From: a virus
Lineage: Duplodnaviria > Caudoviricetes
Reading direction: 5' to 3' (one strand)
DNA length: 32,802 bases
Virus record (IMG/VR): IMGVR_UViG_3300005326_000734
Coordinates: 1-32,802 of that record
Part shown: in pieces, positions 17,507 to 26,385 of the stretch
Numbering within the stretch: the stretch's first letter is position 1
How the letters are laid out: each line of letters begins with the position of its first letter
Translations under genes and position numbers: made by a program
The notes under the pieces: model-generated
Databases searched by the model: none
The model's input: only the letters and a program-made list of their open reading frames with translations
What the model was told of the DNA's origin: nothing

Positions 17507-17657
17507 ATGCAAACTTAACGTCCGGATTGAGAAGCTGCGCGGCCGGATGGAGAAAGCCGCGGCGAAGTACGGTCTGATGCATCCGCTGACGCTGGCGATT
17601 AGTCGCCGGTTGGACAGGCTGATCAACGAGGCAATGGAAAGGAGGATGGTGGCGTGA
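17499..17657 (+). CDS. Spo0E-family aspartyl-phosphate phosphatase-like protein (not in the ORF track)
   Basis: MPECKLNVRIEKLRGRMEKAAAKYGLMHPLTLAISRRLDRLINEAMERRMVA: two-helix pattern IExxRxxM...G...SxxLDxLIN; GAGGTG RBS; overlaps both neighbours. Confidence 0.8.
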   Translation: MPECKLNVRIEKLRGRMEKAAAKYGLMHPLTLAISRRLDRLINEAMERRMVA

Positions 17658-17959
17658 ATGCTATTCAGCAGTTAGTATCAAAACTCAAGAGGTATGACGC
17701 ACCGGAGAAGGTAGTCGCAGACATCCTGGATATTACGAGGCGGGCAATGGAAGCCGAGGCCGAAGTAAAGCAACTCAATAAGGCGCTGGAGTTGGCGTGC
17801 AAGCATCTGACGGTCAGGGACGACGGTGACCATTGTCTTGCTGATGAGGGGATTGAGTGTGCCCTTGGACCTGTTGAGTGCAATAGCCCATTGGTTGCTG
17901 ATGTTATCGTCTGCTGGCGCGACTACTTCCTCAACAAAGCGAAGGAGGGGAAATCGTGA
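17654..17959 (+). CDS. Hypothetical Cys-rich phage protein
   Basis: AGGAGG RBS; GTGA overlap. Confidence 0.65.
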   Translation: MNAIQQLVSKLKRYDAPEKVVADILDITRRAMEAEAEVKQLNKALELACKHLTVRDDGDHCLADEGIECALGPVECNSPLVADVIVCWRDYFLNKAKEGKS

Positions 17960-18471
17960 GCGAAATTCAACTGCGGGAGCTAAACGAAGCCCTCCGCAAA
18001 ACAGCAATACATTACATAGATCGAACCATCCAAGCCGAGGCCGAGAATGACCGCCTCCGCCAGCGTGAACAGACCATCGCAAAGGCTCTCGGTGTCTGCG
18101 ACGGCGGCGAATATGTCAACGACATCGTTGCGGCGGTTGAGCGGTTGCAGTCCGCCAATGTGGGGTTGAGGGAGGCGGTTGAAAACCTCGCTGAAATCAA
18201 CTGCCGAAATTGCCAAGAATGCTTACCGCATAAAGAGGGACCCTGTATTGTTCTTGAAATAAAAGAGCAAGCCCTCGCCTCAACCGCGCCTGGGGTGGAG
18301 CGCCAGAGGAAGCTGGAGGCGGTTGCAGAGGCATTCCCAAAACTCCTACGCGACCTTTGTTCCCCGTGCATCTTTGGGGAAACAACCGACTGCAGGGGAG
18401 ACGAATGCCGGATACATATAGCACGGAGGACATTGCGGAAAGCCCTTGCCGCCGTGGAAGGGGTGAAGTAG
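17956..18471 (+). CDS. Hypothetical phage protein (coiled coil and two Cys clusters)
   Basis: AAGGAGG RBS; CRNCQEC and CSPC...C...C. Confidence 0.65.
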   Translation: MSEIQLRELNEALRKTAIHYIDRTIQAEAENDRLRQREQTIAKALGVCDGGEYVNDIVAAVERLQSANVGLREAVENLAEINCRNCQECLPHKEGPCIVLEIKEQALASTAPGVERQRKLEAVAEAFPKLLRDLCSPCIFGETTDCRGDECRIHIARRTLRKALAAVEGVK

Positions 18472-19545
18472 ATGAACAGGACTTCCATCGGCTATGTTGA
18501 CTACAGCTGGAACCCAATCACGGGCTGCCTGCACGGGTGCCCTTATTGCTATGCCAGGAGGATAGCGGAGCGGTTTAGGGATACAGACTTTGATCAATAT
18601 CGAAACCATTATCCTGAGGAGTATGTGTTTTCGGTTCTTAAGCCTATGACCCGATTTAAAAAGGGTTCATTTGACATTACAGGCGCTCCCTTCCCTTATG
18701 GATTCCAACCAACATTCCACCAGTACCGATTGGACGAACCCAAGCGGAAGAAACTGACCAAGGCAGACGTAAAGGCCCGCATCACCAAAGGCTGGCTCCC
18801 GCAAAATCAGGAGGATCCCCTCAGAATCTTCGTCTGCGACATGGGCGACATCATGGGGGCTTGGGTGCCGACAGAGTGGATCAATGCCGTCCTGCAGGTG
18901 GTCAGAGATTGCCCGCAGCATATCTTCCTTTTTCTCACCAAGAACCCGAAGCGGTACCCGGAATTTGAGTGGCCGGCGAACGCTCACCTTGGGACGACGG
19001 TGGAGAGCCAGGACAAAGATTGGCGGATCGTTGAACTGCTGAAGGCCAAGGCTTCGGTATATTGGTTGAGCGTGGAGCCAATGCTGGGGCCGTTGGATGT
19101 GAAGCAATATTTCCCTCAAGCATCGAGGGCATACGCGATATTATCCCGATATTACGGCCCGAATGGGTTCGATCCTACTGGATCACAACCGGAGCAATCC
19201 AGGATACCTGGCCTTGATTTGATCGTCGGCGGCGGACAGAGCGGCCCTGGAGCGCGGCCTGTCCACCCCGATTGGATCAGGAGCCTGCGCGATCAGTGTC
19301 AAGCGGCAGGAACGGCGTTCTACCTGAAGCAACTAGGTGAGTGGGTCCAGGTGGGCGAGTGCATGAATGGGCAAGATGACTCTAAATATTATCTCAGCCC
19401 TAAAGCCAGGATAGTAAACCATGAAGGCGGTCAAGGCTTCCATGGGGCCGGAGCAATCTACATGCAACGCGTGGGCAAAAAGGCCGCTGGCCGCCTGCTT
19501 GATGGGCGAACGTGGGATGAGTTCCCGGTGATGCCCGGTGCCTAA
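18472..19545 (+). CDS. DUF5131 (phage Gp37/Gp68) radical-SAM-like protein
   Basis: WNPITGCLHGCPYCYA (CxxxCxxC), FVCDMGD, LTKNP, SVEPMLGP, GGQSGPGARP, GRLLDGRTWDEFP. Confidence 0.9.
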   Translation: MNRTSIGYVDYSWNPITGCLHGCPYCYARRIAERFRDTDFDQYRNHYPEEYVFSVLKPMTRFKKGSFDITGAPFPYGFQPTFHQYRLDEPKRKKLTKADVKARITKGWLPQNQEDPLRIFVCDMGDIMGAWVPTEWINAVLQVVRDCPQHIFLFLTKNPKRYPEFEWPANAHLGTTVESQDKDWRIVELLKAKASVYWLSVEPMLGPLDVKQYFPQASRAYAILSRYYGPNGFDPTGSQPEQSRIPGLDLIVGGGQSGPGARPVHPDWIRSLRDQCQAAGTAFYLKQLGEWVQVGECMNGQDDSKYYLSPKARIVNHEGGQGFHGAGAIYMQRVGKKAAGRLLDGRTWDEFPVMPGA

Positions 19546-19584
19546 GAAGGCGATGCAGTATTTCGCCAAGACGGGGGGAGAAAA

Positions 19585-19848
19585 TTGAGCGTCAATGATA
19601 AAATCAGAATCCGCATGCGGAAAACCGTCCGGCCCGACTTCCCGCTCGGCCTTTTCTCAGGTGCCAAACCAGGCACGATTCTCCGGGCGGGCGTGGAGTA
19701 CCCGGCCACATCTAACCTGTACGGCGCAATAGCGGGAATATGCGATAACGGCAAAATCTTGGGCGTGAAACCAGGCGAATTTGAGTTTGTGAAAGCACCG
19801 GAATGGGTGTTGAAAATACACCGTGACGGGGGAGGGGGAGAGTCATGA
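19585..19848 (+). CDS. Hypothetical phage protein
   Basis: GGGGGAG RBS; overlaps the ASCH start; LGVKPGEFEFV motif. Confidence 0.65.
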   Translation: MSVNDKIRIRMRKTVRPDFPLGLFSGAKPGTILRAGVEYPATSNLYGAIAGICDNGKILGVKPGEFEFVKAPEWVLKIHRDGGGGES

Positions 19849-20342
19849 AGACCATTTCGCTTTTGCAACCGTGGGCCAGCCTAGTGGCAATTGGGGCGAA
19901 GAAGATTGAGACCCGGTCCTGGCACACGAGTTACAGGGGGCCACTGGCGATTCATGCATCAAAGGGGTTCCCGAAGGAACTGAAGGAGTTAAGCCAGAGG
20001 TATCCTTTTGCAGGGCCACTTTATGGGGACGTGGATCTTACGGCGGTACTAAGGGGCGAATTGGATTTACCAAGCACGCTCCCTCTCGGTGCAGTAATTG
20101 CCACCTGCAACCTGGTGGACTGCAAACTTATTACGGGCACGTCAAGTATGAACAGGGAGATTATCGGAGCGTTGCTGGATGGATTTAGTACGGTAAAGGG
20201 CAATGAGTATGTCTTCGGCGACTTTACCCCGGGCCGCTATGCCTGGATTTTGGAGGATGTGAAGCCGCTTCCTGCGCCCATCCCAGCCAAGGGAATGCTT
20301 GGACTTTGGGAGTGGACGCCTCCGGATGGGGTGCGCTTATGA
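19845..20342 (+). CDS. ASCH-domain protein
   Basis: SLLQPWASLVAIGAKKIETRSW...RGPLAIHAS...AWIL...KGMLGLW. Confidence 0.9.
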   Translation: MKTISLLQPWASLVAIGAKKIETRSWHTSYRGPLAIHASKGFPKELKELSQRYPFAGPLYGDVDLTAVLRGELDLPSTLPLGAVIATCNLVDCKLITGTSSMNREIIGALLDGFSTVKGNEYVFGDFTPGRYAWILEDVKPLPAPIPAKGMLGLWEWTPPDGVRL

Positions 20343-20389
20343 AGCCGCCGAAGCCGCAGTGGCCACCGAAACCACGAGGAGGGTCATAA

Positions 20390-20659
20390 GTGAGAAATAC
20401 GCTTGGTGACTTAAACAATCATCTGTTCGCCCAGCTGGAGCGTCTAAGCGACGAAGATTTGAAGGGCGACCAGCTGAAGGAAGAAATAGTGAGAGCCAAG
20501 GCGGTGACGGGCCTTGCGTCGCAGATCATTGCCAACGGCACGCTGGTGCTGAAGGGAAGGCAAATCCAGCTTGAATACGGCATCGAAGAAGACGGTGATA
20601 AAGGCGACGGCAAAAAGCAAATGCCCAAGATGCTCAAGGCCGACTTTTTAAAGGGGTAG
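20390..20659 (+). CDS. Phage protein of the type found upstream of HNH genes
   Basis: NTLGDLNNHLFAQLERL...EIVRAKAV motif; GAGGAGG RBS. Confidence 0.75.
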   Translation: MRNTLGDLNNHLFAQLERLSDEDLKGDQLKEEIVRAKAVTGLASQIIANGTLVLKGRQIQLEYGIEEDGDKGDGKKQMPKMLKADFLKG

Positions 20660-20662
20660 CGT

Positions 20663-21301
20663 ATGAACCGGAAATACACCCAGGAACATATAGCCTATAT
20701 TGCAGACAATATTCCGGGATGCCCTTTCAAAGAACTAACAGATATGTTTAACGAGCGGTTTGGGATGAATTTAAAAGTATCAGCTATGGTTTCACTGACC
20801 GACCGCCATGGGCTGCACAACGGGCGAGACACGACGATACTGCCTGGCGGGGCTCTGCTTGGCGTGGAAACCCGCTTCAAGCCGGGCCTGATTCCCTGGA
20901 ACAAGGGCAAGAAGGGCGTCATGACCGGGGGCAAGGAGACCCAGTTCAAGAAGGGCAACCGGCCGGCGAACTGGCGGCCGCTAGGCTCTGAAAGAATAGC
21001 CGAAGATGGATATGTGTACGTAAAAACCGTCGACGGCCAATTAAACAAGAACTGGAAGGTCAAGCACGTCCTGATCTGGGAGGCCGCTAACGGCCCTGCC
21101 CCGCCTGGCCATGTTGTTATATTCGGCGATGGGGATAACCGGAACTTTGACCCGGAGAACCTACTACTTGTTTCCCGGGCACAGTTAGTCAGGCTGAACC
21201 AAATGAAGCTAATTAAAGGCAACGCCGAACTGACAAAAACAGGGGCTATCATCGCGGATATCTGCAACAAAATAGGGGAACGGAAAAAGGCTAACGCTTA
21301 A
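20663..21301 (+). CDS. HNH endonuclease-like phage protein
   Basis: FKPG.IPWNKG, GSERI..DGY, HVLIWEAANG...DGDNRNFDPENL. Confidence 0.85.
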   Translation: MNRKYTQEHIAYIADNIPGCPFKELTDMFNERFGMNLKVSAMVSLTDRHGLHNGRDTTILPGGALLGVETRFKPGLIPWNKGKKGVMTGGKETQFKKGNRPANWRPLGSERIAEDGYVYVKTVDGQLNKNWKVKHVLIWEAANGPAPPGHVVIFGDGDNRNFDPENLLLVSRAQLVRLNQMKLIKGNAELTKTGAIIADICNKIGERKKANA

Positions 21302-21426
21302 GACGTATTCTAAAGAAAACAGTATACCAAAACAGGAGGCTTTGACCTCCGTCTCCAGCTACCCGGAGTGTAGGGCGCTTCTTGAGCAATCAGGGGGTGC
21401 CCTTTATTGTGAGAGGAGGGGGAACC

Positions 21427-21537
21427 ATGTACCGACTACTGATGAGTAAAAAAGCAAATCGCCTGCAGTGGGCAGTGGTGGCGCTGACCGCATCGTATAT
21501 GCTGGCGCACGTGATATGGGCGGTGGTGAGGTCGTGA
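21427..21537 (+). CDS. Small membrane protein (not in the ORF track)
   Basis: GAGGAGG RBS; MYRLLMSKKANRLQWAVVALTASYMLAHVIWAVVRS; stop overlaps the next GTG. Confidence 0.55.
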   Translation: MYRLLMSKKANRLQWAVVALTASYMLAHVIWAVVRS

Positions 21538-22124
21538 AACAATACCGCCTCATATTGGCCGATCCGCCTTGGCAATACAAAGATCAGGGCACACGCCTTT
21601 CCCCGGCTTATGAAGGGAAGCAGCGTAAGTCAGGCAAGCGGTACGACACAATGACCTTGGCTGAAATCTGTGCCCTGGGGGATTGGATACGAACCATTGC
21701 TGCCGACGACGCGATTCTGCTGCTCTGGAGCACGCATCCGATCAAGGAGACCCATCCGTGGCCAGTTATGAAAGCCTGGGGATTCCGGTACAGTACGGCG
21801 ATCCCGTGGGTTAAGGCCAGGTGGGACGTGAAGAAAGGACGCTATATTATCAATACCGCTGGGGGTCATGCGGTTAGATCATGTTCTGAAGAAATACTGG
21901 TGTGTGTCAAGGGTAAGTTATCCAACCTTGGCGGTAGCAAAGGGATCCCGGGAGTGATTATATCACCGTTTCGGGGGCCGAGCGTTAAGCCGCCGGAGCA
22001 ATATGAGATAGCGGAGCGCATAGTGCCGACCGGTCCATATTTGGAATTGTTTGCCCGACAACAACGGCCAGGATGGGACGGCTGGGGGTTGGAATACCCT
22101 GGAATGGCTCGGGATAGCGCATAG
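21534..22124 (+). CDS. MT-A70-family adenine methyltransferase
   Basis: ILADPPW, YDTM, WGFRY, KPPEQY, YLELFARQQRPGWDGWG. Confidence 0.9.
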   Translation: MKQYRLILADPPWQYKDQGTRLSPAYEGKQRKSGKRYDTMTLAEICALGDWIRTIAADDAILLLWSTHPIKETHPWPVMKAWGFRYSTAIPWVKARWDVKKGRYIINTAGGHAVRSCSEEILVCVKGKLSNLGGSKGIPGVIISPFRGPSVKPPEQYEIAERIVPTGPYLELFARQQRPGWDGWGLEYPGMARDSA

Positions 22125-22140
22125 GAAGTGGTGAGGCCCA

Positions 22141-22971
22141 ATGAAACTACGTTCACCCATTACCTGGCTCGGGGGTAAAAATGCCCTGGCTCCAAAAATC
22201 ATATCTCTTCTTCCGAAGCATGTCTGCTATGTGGAGCCGTTCGGGGGGGCCGCGCACGTTCTCATTCAGAAACCCTCATCACCAACTGAAGTTTACAACG
22301 ACATTAACGGGGACGTGGTCAACTTTCTTATGGTCCTCCGGGACCGCCGGGAGGAACTTTATCGGTCTGTGGCCACATTGCCGTATTCCCGGGCCCTCTT
22401 CGATGAATGGAGAAAGGGGCCGGCACCAACCGACCGACTGGAACGGGCGACCAGGTGGTTTTATATCAACCGGTCCTGCGTATCAGGTGACATGCGGTAC
22501 CCAGGATGGAAAAAGGGAGCCCAACGATGGAACGCGGCGAGATATTACCGGTCCGCATGTGAACTATTGTTGCCCGTTGGCGAACGATTGGCCTTTGTTC
22601 AGTTTGAGTGCCGGGACTTCCGGTATGTGATCGAAAATTATGACCGCCCGACTACGGTGTTCTATGTGGATCCCCCTTACGTCGACCACGAGGGTTATTA
22701 TGCCGGCGGGTTCACTGAGCAGGACCACCGCGACCTGGCAGGACTGCTGTCTGGAATCAAGGGGAAGGCCCTGGTCAGCTACTACGCATGCGGCTTGGTT
22801 GACGAACTTTACCCGGGGTGGGCCCGGGAAGAGATTCAGGTCGCAAAGTATGCTCATGTGAACGTAGATGGGACCCGGACATTAGGGACGGAAGTGCTGC
22901 TCATGAATTATCAACCTCCAGCTGAGTTGAGATTATTCGAACCGGAGGACGTTTTATGCGTAGATTCATAG
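22141..22971 (+). CDS. D12-class (Dam-like) N6-adenine DNA methyltransferase
   Basis: WLGGK, YVEPFGG, EVYNDIN, FYVDPPY. Confidence 0.92.
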   Translation: MKLRSPITWLGGKNALAPKIISLLPKHVCYVEPFGGAAHVLIQKPSSPTEVYNDINGDVVNFLMVLRDRREELYRSVATLPYSRALFDEWRKGPAPTDRLERATRWFYINRSCVSGDMRYPGWKKGAQRWNAARYYRSACELLLPVGERLAFVQFECRDFRYVIENYDRPTTVFYVDPPYVDHEGYYAGGFTEQDHRDLAGLLSGIKGKALVSYYACGLVDELYPGWAREEIQVAKYAHVNVDGTRTLGTEVLLMNYQPPAELRLFEPEDVLCVDS

Positions 22972-23039
22972 CCTTTCTCCTCTCCCTTGCCCTGCTCCTC
23001 CTGACCCCGGCCCCGGTCTTCCCTGAGGGAGCGGGGTAG
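22956..23039 (+). pseudogene. Truncated copy of the 5' end of the 3D-domain gene
   Basis: GGAGG RBS; MRRFIAFLLSLALLLLTPAPVF.. versus MRGFMMVFMVLILLLASPAPVY.. at 23517; shared DNA CCCCGGCCCCGGTCT. Confidence 0.55.
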
Positions 23040-23044
23040 GTGGC

Positions 23045-23074
23045 AAAAAAAGACCGCCTAATTGGAGGTCTTTT
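23045..23074. terminator. Bidirectional terminator-like hairpin
   Basis: AAAAAAAGACC...GGTCTTTT at the end of the inverted cassette. Confidence 0.6.
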
Positions 23075-23231
23075 GAGATGGGTTTGGCTGGTTTTTATCG
23101 ATAATCCACCTGTTGTCGATTTTACGGGCACGGACTTTTCCGATTGAGCAAAGATTTTTTATATAACCTGGCTTTAGTGCCCATAGCTTGGCGGCTTCGT
23201 TGACACCCATAATGTTGTCTAAAACACTCAT
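23058..23231 (-). CDS. Small HTH DNA-binding protein (excisionase-like HTH)
   Basis: MSVLDNIMGVNEAAKLWALKPGYIKNLCSIGKVRARKIDNRWII; ATGA-coupled to the upstream gene. Confidence 0.75.
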   Translation of the reverse strand: MSVLDNIMGVNEAAKLWALKPGYIKNLCSIGKVRARKIDNRWIIDKNQPNPSQKTSN

Positions 23232-23410
23232 TGTTTTATAATCCGCCAATCGCCGGAGATTTCCCTGAACTCTACCACGTCGGTGCTGTTAAGTTTTTCA
23301 CACTCTTTTGTCAGCCATTCATCGTGGTCATTATCTTCCAGGAATTCAGAAATAGGTCCAGTAAAAACCTCTTTGCCGTCATTGAACACTCGGATATTCA
23401 TTATTACCAT
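23228..23410 (-). CDS. Small acidic hypothetical protein
   Basis: First gene after the minus-strand promoter; AGAGG RBS. Confidence 0.65.
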   Translation of the reverse strand: MVIMNIRVFNDGKEVFTGPISEFLEDNDHDEWLTKECEKLNSTDVVEFREISGDWRIIKQ

Positions 23411-23420
23411 CCTCTCTATT

Positions 23421-23476
23421 TATGCGCTAACGCATATCTTTAATATAAATATATCATGTGCGTTAACGCATGTCAA
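23421..23476 (-). promoter_or_regulatory. Sigma-A promoter with two palindromic operators
   Basis: TTGACA (23476-23471), 17 bp, TGn-TATATT (23453-23448); palindromes TGCGTTAACGCA (23459-23470) and TATGCGCTAACGCATA (23421-23436). Confidence 0.8.
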
Positions 23477-23516
23477 CTAAATTTTTTAATTAGGAATGGT
23501 GGTGCGAGGTGATTGT

Positions 23517-23909
23517 ATGCGCGGTTTTATGATGGTTTTTATGGTACTTATCCTTCTTCTGGCATCCCCGGCCCCGGTCTACCTGGACCGGTACAAGACC
23601 CCGCCAAGGCTGACGGTGCATATGGTTTCGCGGGCAACGGAGTACCGGGAGTTGGTGGTAACCGCGACTGCGTACTCCTACACCGGTCATCGAACCGCTA
23701 CGGGAACCCGGCCGCAGCGGGGAACCGTGGCGGTGGACCCAAACCTGATCAAACTGGGCTCAAAACTGTTCATTGAAGGCTACGGACCCGCACGGGCAGA
23801 GGATACAGGCGGCCTGATCAAAGGGAATAGAATCGACCTGTTCATGGAGACGGAGACGGAAGCTATGGCCTGGGGCAGGCGGACAGTGAGGGCGAGAGTT
23901 GAGGAGTGA
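23517..23909 (+). CDS. Secreted 3D-domain protein (lytic transglycosylase-like)
   Basis: Signal-peptide-like N-terminus; ATAY...TATG...VAVDP...AEDTGGLIKGNRIDLF. Confidence 0.88.
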   Translation: MRGFMMVFMVLILLLASPAPVYLDRYKTPPRLTVHMVSRATEYRELVVTATAYSYTGHRTATGTRPQRGTVAVDPNLIKLGSKLFIEGYGPARAEDTGGLIKGNRIDLFMETETEAMAWGRRTVRARVEE

Positions 23910-23912
23910 TTC

Positions 23913-26099
23913 TTGATGTATGAATATAAGGTTTTACACTTGTTCTGCGGCATCGGTGGCTATGCCCTGGGGATGCAGCAAGCAGTTGAGGAATACCGGG
24001 GTATGGTCGGGCAGTTTCGGACACTGGCCGGGATTGACTGTGATCCTGACGCCTGCGCCGACTTCGAGGCGCTGACCGGGGCGCCGGCCGTGCAGATGGA
24101 CTTGTTTTCGAGAGAGGACTACGTTTTATTCCACGGCAAGGAACCGCCAGAAACCTGGCAGGAAGCGACTTCCAACGATCTGTGGGAGGCCACCGGACTA
24201 GAATTGCCAGATGTGGTCTGCCTTAGTCCACCCTGCAAGGGATTCTCTGGGCTATTGCCGAGCCAGAAGGCGGCCAGCGAAAAGTATCAGGCGCTGAACC
24301 GGTTGGCGGTCCGGAGCATGGAGTTGACCCTGGAGGCATTCGAGGCCAGCCTGCCGGCGTTCATCATGATTGAGAACGTCCCGAGGATTACGAGCCGCGG
24401 GGAATTGCTTCTCAAGCAGGTGAAGCGACTCCTGGGCCGGCATGGGTACGTTTTCCATGAGGGCAATCATGACTGCGGAGAGCTGGGCGGCCTGGGCCAG
24501 CACCGGAGGCGGTACCTGCTCATTGCCCGACTACCGGACCGGGTGCCTCAGTTTGTGTATCTTCCTGTGAAGCAACGGGTGAAATCCATCGGGGAAGTGA
24601 TTGGTCCATTGCCCCTGCCGGACGATCCAAAGATGGGGCCGATGCACCGGCTGCCACGGTTGCAGTGGAAAACATGTGTGCGCCTGGCGCTCATCCCGGC
24701 CGGCGGTGATTGGCGAGACCTGGAGAAGATAGCGCCGGAGCAGTATCGGTTGGTGCATGTACCGCGCAGCGGCGCCTTTGGAGTGCAGGATTGGGATAAG
24801 GCTGGCGGAGTGGTAACCAGCGCAGACGGCCCTAACAATTCTACTGTGAGTGTGGCCGACCCAAGAGTGCCTTTCAACAACATTTTTCGGGTTAATAAAT
24901 GGGATGAGACCCCGGGTGCCATAACCAGTGGTAACGGGCAAACAGGTACCCTGGTGGCTGATCCCAGATTAGACCATGTCCCCCGGGAAGGGGTTTACCG
25001 GGTCCAGGAATGGGGCAAGCCAAGCACAACCGTTACCGGAGCCGCCCGGGTAAATACCTCAAACGGAGCGGCCTGTATAGCAGACCCAAGGCTATCGGAG
25101 CGGGATAACCGCCATCCAAGTGTATACAAGGTTGTGAAGTTTGACGATCCGGCACCTTGCGTCACCGGTACCCGATTCGGAAGCGGAGCGCCGGCTATAG
25201 CTGATCCGAGGCTACCCGAAAAAGATGTAAGGTTCCATAACAAGTACCAGCTGCTGGGGTGGAATGAGCCCGCTTCCACTGTGACCGGGACCGCAGACAT
25301 TCAGGCGGGAGCCCAATCAATTGCAGATCCCCGGACAGGCTTCAAAGAAGGTACCCACCATGTCATCTACCAGGTCGGGCAATGGGACAACCCGGCCAAC
25401 ACGGTCACCGGGGCCACCAGACCGGCGGGCGGGGCAATATCGGTAGCCGATCCGCGAATGGGATGTAAGGCAAGAAACGGAACGATGGGCGTCCAGACCT
25501 GGGACGAGCCCGGGAAGACAGTTATAGGCGCCGGCGACATTCATGCCGGGTCCGCAGCGGTGGCAGATCCGAGAATTGATATTATTGGAGGCGGTAATTG
25601 TGACACCGCAAGAGATAGAGAGCCAATACTGCAGTCATTGCGTGCACAAACAAAAATGTTGGAGACCATGCCCGACAGTCCTAAGCGCATTGTTGCTCCC
25701 AAGGACCATGACCGACCCGATCCGCCCCCGATAATCATAGCCTTGGACGGGACCTGGCACCGGCCGCTGACCACATTGGAGTTGGCCGCGCTGCAGGGAT
25801 TCCCCCTGACAATGCCGGATGGAAGGCCTCTGCTTCTCGTCGGCAAGAGCGACGCCAAGTGGAGGGAGCGAATCGGGAACGCGGTACCTCCGCCGGCGGC
25901 CAAGGCATTCGGTGGGGTGGTCCTTCGGGCGCTGCTGTTGAGCCAGGTGGACGGGTTTGAGTTGAGTGAGACGGAGATATGGGTAAAGCCGTGGCAGCGG
26001 AGAAAAACCGACAGAATTGAGGCGGCAGTTGGCACTTTGGGGGTGAGGCAATGTTCTGGATTGGAATGCTTATCGGCATCGGTGTCGCCGCCCCGGTAG
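23913..26099 (+). CDS. DNA (cytosine-5) methyltransferase with a repeat-expanded variable region
   Basis: LFCGIGG (motif I), SPPCKGFS (catalytic PC), ENV, QHRRR, IGNAVPP (motif X). Confidence 0.92.
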   Translation: MMYEYKVLHLFCGIGGYALGMQQAVEEYRGMVGQFRTLAGIDCDPDACADFEALTGAPAVQMDLFSREDYVLFHGKEPPETWQEATSNDLWEATGLELPDVVCLSPPCKGFSGLLPSQKAASEKYQALNRLAVRSMELTLEAFEASLPAFIMIENVPRITSRGELLLKQVKRLLGRHGYVFHEGNHDCGELGGLGQHRRRYLLIARLPDRVPQFVYLPVKQRVKSIGEVIGPLPLPDDPKMGPMHRLPRLQWKTCVRLALIPAGGDWRDLEKIAPEQYRLVHVPRSGAFGVQDWDKAGGVVTSADGPNNSTVSVADPRVPFNNIFRVNKWDETPGAITSGNGQTGTLVADPRLDHVPREGVYRVQEWGKPSTTVTGAARVNTSNGAACIADPRLSERDNRHPSVYKVVKFDDPAPCVTGTRFGSGAPAIADPRLPEKDVRFHNKYQLLGWNEPASTVTGTADIQAGAQSIADPRTGFKEGTHHVIYQVGQWDNPANTVTGATRPAGGAISVADPRMGCKARNGTMGVQTWDEPGKTVIGAGDIHAGSAAVADPRIDIIGGGNCDTARDREPILQSLRAQTKMLETMPDSPKRIVAPKDHDRPDPPPIIIALDGTWHRPLTTLELAALQGFPLTMPDGRPLLLVGKSDAKWRERIGNAVPPPAAKAFGGVVLRALLLSQVDGFELSETEIWVKPWQRRKTDRIEAAVGTLGVRQCSGLECLSASVSPPR
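24771..25574 (+). repeat. Seven ~35-42-aa tandem repeats ending in ADPR within the C5 methyltransferase
   Basis: Consensus (F/Y)xVxxWdxPxxtVTG....ADPR counted seven times in the translation. Confidence 0.9.
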
Positions 26100-26155
26100 G
26101 GATAGTGGCGTTGGCCCTGTGTATTGCTGCGAGGAGGGGTGACAGTGGCTGTTAA
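26051..26155 (+). CDS. Small membrane protein (not in the ORF track)
   Basis: MFWIGMLIGIGVAAPVGIVALALCIAARRGDSGC; GGGGTGAGG RBS; overlaps the MTase tail. Confidence 0.55.
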   Translation: MFWIGMLIGIGVAAPVGIVALALCIAARRGDSGC

Positions 26156-26171
26156 GTGGGGGTAAGGGGCG

Positions 26172-26381
26172 ATGAATTTGAAAGCCATCAAGCATACCGG
26201 AGACTATTGTCATGGCTGCGGGCAGGAGTTGACTTCCTGGGATTTGCGTTGCAGCAAGGCGCTGGGTTACAAAATACCGGTATGCGAGGCTTGCATAGCC
26301 AAGGAATATGACAAAACGGTCGATGAAGTGAGGAATATACTGGAAGATCATTTCGGCATGAGGCCGTGTCAGGGGTTGTGA
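26172..26381 (+). CDS. Small zinc-binding phage protein
   Basis: CHGC...CEAC...PCQGL. Confidence 0.7.
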   Translation: MNLKAIKHTGDYCHGCGQELTSWDLRCSKALGYKIPVCEACIAKEYDKTVDEVRNILEDHFGMRPCQGL

Positions 26382-26385
26382 TTAT

